Assembly: GCF_001194135.2 (NCBI RefSeq)
Contig: NC_068982.1
Span: 166,404,472-166,468,471 of the forward strand
Direction of reading: 5' to 3'
Source: Octopus bimaculoides
Taxonomy: Eukaryota
Length of the DNA stretch: 64,000 nucleotides
The position numbers and the translations under genes are program-made. Positions 23,487 through 35,700 of the stretch are shown one piece after another; position 1 is the stretch's first letter, and the number at the start of each line of letters is the position of its first letter. Below the pieces are notes generated by a model that was not told the origin of the DNA, ran no database searches, and saw nothing but the letters and a program-made list of their open reading frames with translations.

Positions 23487-26400
23487 TTATTCTGAAAGCC
23501 AAGAATTAAAAGTATCTTGCATAAATTGCCGGGATGCAGCTTTGCCATTATTTACAGTTGGTACGATGTTATCAGGTCGAATAAACTGTACAAATTTTTT
23601 TAATTCCAAAAAACTACTATGCTCACTGTATGGTATACCTAAAATTAAATCAAACAGAAATTTTTAAAAATTATTCAATTATTTAATTAAAACCTTATTT
23701 AAAAAACTAAATTAAATATGATTAAACTAAATCATATTTACTTTAACAAAATTAAAAGATTCTGCCCTCAATGTTAGAATTTCCTTTCTCACAACACATC
23801 AGCATTATTTCTTTTAACTATTTTTACAAAAATATAACTTACAATGTTAATTAAGACAATTGTAATGGAAATTTTATTTTCATAAATATTTTAGTCCAAG
23901 AAGGAAAGGTAGCACTGATAACTTTTACATAGGACTACCTAAACTGATGGAAGACAAGGAAGAAATTGGAGACTTAGTTCAAAGGCTTAGTGACAGTGTT
24001 AAACTGGGCAACTAAAGAACAAGTACAATCCATCAACTTCACTTCTGAATAATTTCTGTTTACCCAGTTTCATTCATAAGAAGGCTTGGACTGACCCAAG
24101 ACTATACTAGAAGATGTCTGCCTAAAGCTCAGTGCAAGAACAAAACCAGAAGCAGATAGATGGTCACAAACTAATCTTCTAACTACATAGCCTGTGGTAA
24201 TATGTGATATATTTTGTTAAAAACAAAGAACTTACCATATATGGTAATCGTATCTGTTTTCAGAGAGGGCTTGATATCAAAGAGGGAAGTTCTGTTTTTG
24301 TTATGAGTCCAACCAGTAGGTTTCAATGCTAGAATTTGGTTAAAATTTTCATATCTCTTTAAATGTTCATTAAGATTCTTGAAGAAAATAAACAGAGAAA
24401 AAGTTGACAATAAATGAATATGTTAGTATTGATATTTTTATATAGCATTGTCATATTACAAAACCTGTCTACAAATATGCCACATTTCTTGCAAAAAATA
24501 TGTTAATTTCTTCGAATGCTTCAGTTGTGGATAATTGACTGAGTGTAAAAGTACTTGAATTCTTCAAACAGTATAGTTGTGTAGTTAAGGGGTTTCTTTG
24601 CAAACAGATGCTTCTACAGCACCATGTGTTTCTTGTTATTGCCTCAGAGTGAAATTTGGTAAATGGAAACTGTATAGAAGCCCACTAAATATGTATATCT
24701 CTTTATCAAAGTATATTGGCAAAAGATGTAATCACAGACGAAAACTGATGCTGTCAAAGGGGTGCATTTTTGCTGTTATACATGCATGCATGCATGTATA
24801 AATAAATTTTGTTGAGCATTTGTTTATACAGCTACCACTTAATAGTAATATATGAATGTTTTTCACAAGTCAAAAAAACTGAAGTGAACAGTCAAGTGCC
24901 TTGCTTTCTGCATTTTTCCATTTCTCTCTGAACAAGCACAAACTAATAATTCCTGGTAAAAAAAAATCCTCAGTCATTTATTTAATCTTTACCTTTTTTA
25001 TCATTTCCTTAGTTGCTTTTTGGGGGGGAGGGGGTTGTTTTTTAAAGCTGCATTTAAAATATTGTACTTGAATAGGCTTTACAAATATTTTCAGGTAGTA
25101 AAGACATAATTCATCATCTTTGGGTACCTTTAACAAAGTCTGCCTTGTTACAAGCATTCAAATCAAATCGCTGGTATGTGAATAAGTTTCTTCCTTCTGC
25201 CCACCAATCAAGAAGATTCTGAAGATGGTCGTGGGTGCTGCCCTTCCTCCTCTAACTAAATTACTTTAAAAAAATTATTTCCCACACTGGATGGTGATGA
25301 AGGTGATGATACATCATTATCATCTATATGCTCATTGGACCAATATTAACATAAAAATTATGACATTTTCACTGTCATCATCAGGGACCCAATGAGTCAG
25401 AGAACTGTGCTGGGCTCCAATGTCAGATTTGGCATGATTTCTATGACTAGATGCTCTTCCTAACACTATTTTATAGAGATTACAGGTGCTTTTTTCATAG
25501 TATCAGCACTTATGAAGTTACCATGTAGCTTTCAAGACTAAGATCTCTGACTGAATGGGCTACAGTAGAGAGAAAGGCAGCTCTATGCTAGATGATCAAA
25601 GTTAGAGTATGGAAGAAGGGACAAAAACAGGTTTCTTGCTGTAGAGGAGATACATGGCTGCTCACATTATTACAAGAGGTGGGAGTAATGGGTATGGAAC
25701 TGGGAAGATAGATAAATAAGGTGGTGACAAAGCACTTGGGGGGGTCCTGGAGGAAGAACAGGAAGAGTGAGCAGGCAGAAATTGCAAACGGAGATGGATA
25801 GAGGTGTAAATATACTGATTGATGAACAAGGGCTGGATGGGGAGAAGCAATGACAAATACTAGCTGGATGAAATGTTGATGATGACTAAACATTGAGTAG
25901 GCTAGAGGGGTGAATGCATGAATGATGGAGAGGTGATCAATGATGATTATGTGTTGGAGGGAAGTTTGGGGAGAGCAGGTGCTGACTGGTAGTACAGAAG
26001 GATGAAGAGCAGCAGAATAATAAAACAGTAGATAGAAGGATGAAAGAGATATGACATGTAGGGAGGTAAGTTATAGGAGTGTGAGAAAAGAGGAAGACAT
26101 AGTGCATGGGGAGAGTGAGAGATGTATGGTGATATAGGCAAGGCAACAGGAACTGGTTCAGAGGAAAAGGAGGAGAGATAATTTGGTAGCACAGAAGGGT
26201 GGATGATCATTGTAAAATATGAGCGAGGTGGGATAATGTTAAGAATAACATGGGTGTCAAATGAAGTGGTTCCTGGTAGAGGAAAGATAATTACAGAAAA
26301 GATGATAAAACATGTTGTTCTGCCCTCATTTAATTACAGCAGCAGAAAACTGCAGTTAGACAAGTAATGGCGAATCAGTAATAGATTAAAAATCAAAACA

Positions 26401-29400
26401 ATCTATCACCATCATCATTATTATTATTATTTTTATTATTATTCAAATAATCCATACTTCAACAAGCTAACATAGTTGATTGGGTTTGCAATATAATGTA
26501 ATTCCTTGTACCTTCTGTTATTTACAATGGTGGAAGATACAAAAAATGTCAAGATGAATAAAATGTATTTACCTTGTAGTTCAAGTTTCCCATTTTCACA
26601 ACATGGATGCTGCAGCTTTTTAAATCTAATGTCAGTAACTTATCCATGATAAGACTCTGAAGACAGTCCAATAATTTCTTTTTTTCTTGTGTCACACCAA
26701 TTTTGCTTCCAATAGCCTCAGCTAAAGCTGAATATGGGAATATACATAAAATACAGTAACAGTGTTCCATGACATTAATCTACTTAACAATACATTCCTT
26801 ATACAGAATATAGAATTTACATTTGATCTTGAAATATGACACTTCTACACTACCATTTAATCTACTCTTCTTTCAGCAAGTTATATCAATTAATATTGCA
26901 TATTAATTAATGATTTCTGAATAATCAATTACTCAACCTTTCTGCCAATAACTCTTAACCCTCTAACATTCAGATTTGTTTGTCAAATGTATAGCTTATT
27001 TATTCATATTGTTTTGAATTAATCACGCATTATTTTGTAGCTTCAAGATTTCAATGATCTGTTTGTATATTTTTAGAATTACCATTTATGGCAGGTGTGA
27101 GATTGGACTGGATCAAATGCTTAAGGGATAAACACCTAAGACAACTAACCAAACATATGTTGATCACAGCTGAAAAGATAATCAAGCCTAAAATGGGAAC
27201 ATTACCCTGAGACACAGAAGTTAGATAGGTTAGTTCTGTGGTACATATAGTTATTACTGCAAGCTAATCTGCTAGTTCTAGTTTCTTAAAGAACATCAAC
27301 CTTCATGGAGTATTTCTAAGAGCAGCAAAGTAATACTGAGGTAATAATATTCAGATAATTCTGCTGGATGGCTGGTGCTAGGAAAAGCATCCAGCTGCAA
27401 AAAACCATGCCAAAACAGACACAGAAATCTGGTGCAGGCTCCTGTTCGGTCAGTTCCTGTCAAACCATCCAACCCATACTAGCTTGGAAGGAGGACATAT
27501 GATGATGATAACATATAGAAAAATAGCAATAATAGATAATTTATATACACATATACATAGGTTTGGTGATGCAAACAGAAAAACAGAACTCAAAACATGA
27601 GTATTTATATATTTTTATTAATATATAGCAGAAGTAACAGAGTGACTCAAGGGCCAAGAGTTTCTTGTGTTAGCATTTATCAAACTTTATACTCTCAGCC
27701 TTAAGTCATTCTGTTGCTTCTGCTATATGTTAAAAATATATAGGGTGCGGTGGATAAATTGCTGCCATTTTATATTTTTAATTTCACGCAGGCGCATTGT
27801 TTTCTTTTTTTATTTTGTTGACTACACAGTATAGTAGGGTCAGTTGGACACTGTCTGTGAGAAAAATAGCACCATGACACAATCCACTCTGCCAGAAATT
27901 TGGAAACAACATGCTGTACTGCTTGGCATTCACACTGGAAGCTCCAATACAAACATTTCAGTGTTTGGGCTTCATGTACCAAGTGATGAAAATCAAACAT
28001 CCAGTCAACATCATTGTGTTTGGAGTGATCACTAATGATGGCAATGTTATGCCTCCATTCATCTTCCCACATGGCCTCACACTCAACATGGAGGCCTACA
28101 TCAAGTGCCCTGAGGAGGTAGTGCTGCTCTGGGTCAAGAGGGTGGCTGCTGGAAGACCCTATGTCTGGCAACAGGACTCTGCACCATGCCACACAAGCAG
28201 GAGAACCCAGTCATGGCTGTCAGACAATTTCTGCAACCACATCACCCCTAACATCTGGCCACCCAACTCCCCAGCTAAATAATGATCTAATACCTATTCT
28301 TAAAAAGTGACCAATTTAGAAACACAACAAATTACCTGCAGTAAGTTGGAAACCTCAAACTAGAAATTGAATGTTTAACACTTGATACACTTCAACATTT
28401 TGACTTATCGTTGCCAGTACCCCTGGACTGGCTCTTGTGCGGGTGGCACATAAAATACACCATTTTGAGCGTGGCCGTTGCCAGTACTGCCTGACTGGCC
28501 TTCATGCGGGTGACACGTAAAAGCACCCACTACACTCTCTGAGTGGTTGGCGTTAGGAAGGGCATCCAGCTGTAGAAACTCTGCCAAATCAGATTGGAGC
28601 CTGGTGTTGCCATCCGGTTTCACCAGTCCTCCGTCAAATCGTCCAACCCATGCTAGCATGGAAAGCAGACGTTAAACGATGATGATGAAATAATATGCAT
28701 GAAATTACCAAGGAAAACTTTCTCCTTCCCAATTGTGTAAGTCCCAACAACAACCAAAGTTTGGGGATTTTCTTTCAGAAAGGATTTCACCAGAGAAACA
28801 CAGAAATCCAACACTTCTTGCTGTTCAGGAAACATATAGTCAGGATCACAGTACCTGCAAATATTGAATTAAAAAAATATGTCATTATTAAAAATCTCTG
28901 AAGTGTAGTGGACAGTAGAATCAATAGAGTGCTAGTCTTAAAATGCCTTGCACCAATTTAGTTACATCTCTTTACATTCTGAGTTTTGAGCTTTACTAGT
29001 GGTCTTGAAACAGCCCTTATAACTTAATTTTGGTTTGTGTGCTGGTCTTTTACTCTGGGCTAACTCACTCTGCTTTGTCAGAAACTAAACCAACAACCAT
29101 ACCAAGCCTGCTTAGTAAGGAGAGTGACCCAGCAGAAAAAAGATTCTCTTAAATGCCTGGATGGCTCACTAGAACATCTATCTTTTGTTACCTAGGAGAT
29201 AATTAGCATGGAAGATGGTTACTTTGAAAGTATAGTGGCCAGATAAGAACAGGTTGGAGAAAGTTCAGGGAACTTCTACGATTGCTGTCAACAAAGATCT
29301 TTTCCTGCAGCATGACAGGCAGAGTGCAAGACTCTTGTGGTAGAACTGCAATACTGCATGATTGTGACATGGGCCTTGAACACAGGACTTGAGAAGACTA

Positions 29401-31247
29401 GAAAAAAATGAAGTGAGCGTGCTCCACTGGATGTCTAATGTAAGTATGCCTGAAAGACAGTATAAATACAGTAAGAGAAAAACTAGGCATAAGAGGTATC
29501 AGATGTATGGTGCAAGAAAGAAGACAGCAATGGTATGGACATGAGATGCATATGGATGAGGACAGCTGCATAAAGAAAAATTGATTACTTAATGTGGTTG
29601 AGCCTGCAGAAGAGGGAGACCAAAGAAGATATGGGATGAAGTGGTGAAGGGTGATCTCAGGACTTTGAACCTCTGAAAGGAGATGACAAGAGACTGGAAT
29701 GACTGGCAATATGCTGAGAAGACCCACGCAACTCAATGAAACTAAGAGCTAGAAGCACTGTGTTTGTGTGAATGCACATCTGGGCCCTTTGCCCAGTTTT
29801 CTCCAAGACACTTCCACTTCCCTTCATCTTTCTGTCTGTAGCTTTTCCATGATATCACTAACCTTTCTCACTACTCAAAATCATCTCATCTGATATCAAT
29901 TCCCACCCTTAATACTGTCCTCCACTCACATTTTACATTTACCCCCTCTCTGCCCGAGCCACCAAATCATTTCACCTTCCCCACCACCATGTCTCACACT
30001 CTCCCCATACACTATGCCTCTCCTACCACTCTCACAACCTACCAAAGTCACTAGTTACGTCTTTCTCATGCCTTATCTGCTTATTGTATGGGTATTACAT
30101 TCAACTACTTTTCACCCCCACCCCTTATCCACCATTCATTAAACCCACTCTCAACCCTATTCCATCTCTGCAGTTGTCACCTACTCTTACCTACCATCCT
30201 TACTTATCATCCATTCAACACATGTTTTTCATTCATTATATCCAACTCCTCACCCATTTGTCATCTCTCACTCTTCCTCACACTCTTGCAGCTTCTAACC
30301 ACCGATACTCCTGGTTCTTCTACCCCTATTCATTTCTACTCATTTCATACCTTGAAGGTCCACCCAGACACCTCATCACTGTTTTTATTTCTTCCCTTCT
30401 CCACTCTGATCATCCCCACCATTTCTTCAAAAAGGTGAGGAGTCACACAGCCTCTTTATCTGGCTCCTTCTCACATACTTTAACCATTCATATCCAAGCA
30501 CAAATCCACATCTCTCGGGGGTTTGTAGTTTTGCAATCTGCATGTCAACTTCACTAGTGCTGGTGGGACAAGAAAAAATACCCAGTACATTGCTGTAAAG
30601 TGGGTGGTGTTAGGAAGGATATCAAGCTGTAGAAGCCATGCCAAAATAGACAGACAGGGATGATGCAGTCCTTGGATCCATCGCTTCCAGCCAATGCCAG
30701 CATGGAACATCAATGTTAAATGATGTTGAGATAATTAGGTATGTGTTTTGTTTGGATTTTGTATGTAAGTATCAGAAGAAGGATGGAAGAGAGGAGGAGA
30801 AGCCTCTGCTGCATACAGCAGCTTTTCATTCTGACATTCGTTAGATGAGTTATCAGTCTATATATTTGGAGTTACTGATCACTTAGATGTATCAGGATGT
30901 AGGAGCTCTATGAACTGATGAATGTGTGTGTACATATATGATAGTAGTCTCTCATAGTCCAAGAAAGATGGCTCTGCAATTTCTTGCTGAACAACATGCA
31001 CAAAATGATTTGTTTATAGTGATCAAAAGTTTGTGCTGTACATTAGCTCATATCCCCCAACCCACCAGCAAATCAACACAGATGCACAATGTACCACACA
31101 CATGTCAGGTGTCAATGTGTTGTAGAACAACATGAGACAAAGTGTTTTGTTCACGAATACAACACATAAACCCACTCCAGGAATTGAAATCACGATCTTG
31201 CAATCATGAGTCCAACACTCTCACCACTAGGCCATGCACTCTCACCC

Positions 31248-31278
<31 letters not shown>

Positions 31279-32716
31279 ACACAAACTTACGTTGTATCCA
31301 AATATAACTGATTGATTTTGACATTCTGCAATGCATCGTATTTTTCCATGATTGAATCAGCTCGGAAGTCTCCTGTATGCAAAACAACTTTCTGCTTACT
31401 TTGGTCTGAGTATTTGAAAAGAATTAAAACAGAACCTGGACAGCTTGAAATAAAAAGAAAAATACATTTTTAAAAAGAGAAAACAGATTTAAAAAAAAAA
31501 AATATTCTGTTTATCTTATTTAACCTGGATATACTGCAGAAAGCCAGGAATATGTAGTCTTCATCTCAAGAAAAAATCTCATATTGACATATAATGCTAA
31601 AAAAACAGAGCTATATTTGTAGCAGACAAAAAGCATCTAGCAGCAGCAGTGGAAATGCTAAATCCAAATTTCTGTTTCTTTGATCATCATCAGTAGCAAA
31701 TACCTACATGCAACCGTATGATTAGACAAATTTAACCATTACTGGTATAGGAAAAGTACAGAAGTTTATCAGTAGCAGACAAAATTTGAAGTGTTTCTTG
31801 AAATAGATATATTTCGCAATTGCATAAAAGTTGATTTCAGAAAAACAGAATTAATTATGGTAGTTGTAGAAAAAATAAGGAAGAATATATACATATATAT
31901 ATATATATATAAAATGGGACAAGAACACAAAACATCCAGACAGTAGGTGATACAAAAAAGGGACAACAAAACATCCAGATAGACGATACAAAGAAAACAA
32001 GGATGGGTCATTCGAAGTTTTCTTTCCTCAGTCGAGTTCCAGACTATCTTTGCAATTCTGGCTGGTTATACTCGAGATTGGTCCAATCTGGCCAGCCCCA
32101 AGGAAAAACTAAGCTAAGCGCATTAGATTCCTTGGAAGAAATCAGCGAATGTATACGAAAACAAGAATGGAAAAAAACAGAGAATGTTACACAAATACAA
32201 ATAACAGGACATAACAACAGGTGTCTTTTGACTAAGGATGAATTAAATTAAGATGGCATGTGTGGAAATAAAGCCTTATGGCAGGTATACAAGATTTCAC
32301 AGGCACAGGGATGAATATAGATGTTGCACGGACGATGACCAAACCAAGAAAGAACAATCAGGCTTGGCCGAACACNNNNNNNNNNAGATGTTGCACGGAC
32401 GATGACCAAACCAAGAAAGAACAATCAGGCTTGGCCGAACACCGGTCACGTGGGGAGAGAAGGGAGAGAGGTAGAGGCAGAGGGACAGAAGAATTAAGGA
32501 GGGGGCAAGAAAAAAATGACAGGGACACACTGAACTGAAAAGAGGAGGGAAAGAGAGCAAGAAGAGGAGGTAGGGAAATGTGAGAGAGAGGGAACGAAAG
32601 AACGAAGAGTGGAATGAACAAATAAGTGTGAAAGGGCTGATAGAAAGAAAGAATAGTCATACAAGATTTAGATAAATATATACTTACATATAAGAGACCA
32701 AAGTGTACGTATGCCG

Positions 32717-32748
<32 letters not shown>

Positions 32749-35700
32749 CAAAATGGGACAAGAACGCAAAGTATCCAGACAGTAGGTGATACAAAAAAGG
32801 GACAACAAAACATTCAGATAGACGATACAAAGAAAGTGTGTGTATCTATATATATATGTGTGTGTATGTGTGTGTGTATCTATCTGTCTGTCTATATATA
32901 TATATATATATAAACATTAAAAAAAATATTNNNNNNNNNNAGACTGGAGCCTGGTGTTGCCATCCGGTTTCACCAGTCCTCAGTCAAATCGTCCAACCCA
33001 TGCTAGCATGGAAAGCGGACGTTAAACGATGATGATGATATATATATACATATAGGGAGAATTCAGTTGTATTAGTTAGAAGTGGGAGAAGCAGGTGTAT
33101 TAGTTAGACGCTCAGAGAAGTGAAAAAGTCTTTTACATTTCGAGCCTACACTCTTCAACAGAAAGGAATAAGAGAAAATAAACAGAGAGAATAAAAAAAC
33201 TTGTGGATTTAGTGGTCAAGCATATATGAACTTTCTTTCAGTTTCTATCTCCAAATCCACACAGAAAGCTTTGGTTGGCTTACTGCTACAATAGAAGTAA
33301 GAAAATCAGTGTTCTTAATACTTACTGATTGGCATCCATCAGAGTGACCTCAACAGATTCTACAATAACTGGACAATATAAAGGTAGTGGGTGAATGTAC
33401 TTATTAGATACACCAATCTTCAACTTCACTAAATTAGCAGTAACCTAAAACAGAAGAGAAAAATTGACTTAAGAATAGTGATTTTCATCTGAAGACTACA
33501 AGAAAAAAGTTCAGAAATATAATGCATTAGGGTATACATATGATCAAAATATAAAAACTTACCCACCTTGCATCCAATATCAAAACATAACTTTTGTTTT
33601 TCAACAGAATATGGTTAAACACCAGTTGTTCATTCCTGAACCTGTAGTCAACAAGTCAGTGAAGGAGCTTCTGTATCAGCAGTTCCCAACCCGAGACTCA
33701 CTGATCCCAGCCTGTCCACAAAAGTAGTACTGGGTGGTTGAGTGGGCCTCTATTAGCCATATTCAAATTTTAAAAGGTTGTAGTATGGAAAAAAAAAACA
33801 ACTGCAATTGACACCAATATTGTCTTAAAAAAGAACACCTGTATGATGTAGTCTTAAATACTCCCCGACCCCTTCTCTATCTCTCTCATGTGCAATATAT
33901 GTTTTGCAAGCATCATGATCATGAACTTCCATGTGAAAGTCTGAGTATTCTGGATTTTTCTTAGGAAAAATACAGCAGCCATCTTCCACTGCCTTCTGTA
34001 AGTTTATTTACAGTTTACTCTGTTAGTCTCCTCCTTTTCCAAGCTTATCTTTGAGGTACAGGGCTATTTAGTCCTTAGGCACAGGGACCAATTTACATGA
34101 CATCTGGGCATGTCCATACACTAGTGAGCCTGTGAAACACATATCTAAGAGTCAGTTCACCTAATTCTGTATGCCTTAGCCGTAGAACCATCTTTTGCTA
34201 GGTGACCCATAACTGGGACCCTTGACTGTATCACCCCCTCCTGGGCCACAGCAGATATGGGAGTAGTAGTGACTAAGGGGTAACTCCATATTCTCAAACT
34301 GGAGCCTCACCACCAGATGCAGTTTAATGTCTTGCTCAAATGCTTAGATACACTATAACTGAAAAAAAATTAGAAGAATTATAGCTGAAACATTTTTGAT
34401 TACAGTTTTGCTAAATCAGAGATGACATGAGGTCAAACAACAGCAACAACAATAGCAACAATATGGGAGGAAATACAGTTACAATATTTGTATCATCTCC
34501 AATTGTAGAAACAGAAAAAATAGAATAACTCTAATTGGGAATTAAACAATGATTATAGACTCAAATGGCTAGGAATTTATCTTGTTAGTTGAGAAATATT
34601 TAGAGGAAAAAAAAAAGAGATTCTTACTTCACTACAGTAAAGCGGCTGACAGAAATTCTTTGTTAAGCCTTGGTAGTGATCATAATGAAAGTGTGTGAGA
34701 AAATATGCACAACACCCTTGAATGACTCCATACTTGAAGGCATCAACAGTGATGCTTGTACCTGAAATAATTAAAATAATGGTTTGTTACACTGGCATAT
34801 GGACGCTAGTTTATAGGAAATGGGGAGGCACAGTCAACTGAATTGAAAAACAGAAGATCTCTCTCTCTCTCTCTCTCTCTCTGGCTGAGTAACTATGTAC
34901 CTCCTCTACAGTAAGACATCTGTTTCTGTCACTGTCACACTCTAACCTTTCATCATCTGGCACAAGATCACCTCCTTCAATGCCCCCTCCCCTCTAAAAA
35001 AATTCCTTGTTTTGCAAAGTTACTTGATGACCCCGCCAGTGCAGGTGCCACTTAAAAAGCATCCAGTCCACACTGTAAATCATCATCATCATCGTTTAAC
35101 GTCTGCTTTCCATGCTAGCATGGGTTGGACGATTTGACTGAGAACTGGTGAAACCAGATGGCTACACCAGGCTCCAATCTGATTTGGCAGAGTTTCTACA
35201 GCTGGATGCCCTTCCTAACACCAACTACTCAGAGGGTGTAGTGGGTGTTTTTACGTGCCACCGGCACAAAGGCCAGTCAGTAAGTACTGGCAACGGCCAC
35301 GCTCGAAATGGTGTATTTTATGTGCAGCGGTTGGCATTTGCAAAAGCATCCATGCCAAAACTTACCTTGCTTGTACTGGTGCCGCATAAAAAGCACTTAG
35401 TCCACCCTGTAGGGTGGTTGGTGTTGGGAACAGCATCCAGCCATAAAAAAAAAACCACGCCAAAACAGACACAGAAGTATGGTACAGTCTTCTACCTGGC
35501 CAGCTCCTGTCAAACTGTCCAACCCATGCTAGCATGGAAGGAGGACATTAGACGATGATGATGCAGAAAGAAATCAACCAGAACTGCTTACTTCCCAACT
35601 ACATAGTTCTATATTCAGTCCCACTGCATGGCACCTGGGCAAGTATGTTCTATTACAGCCTCAGACTGACCAAAGCGTTATATGTGGATTTGGTAGACAG

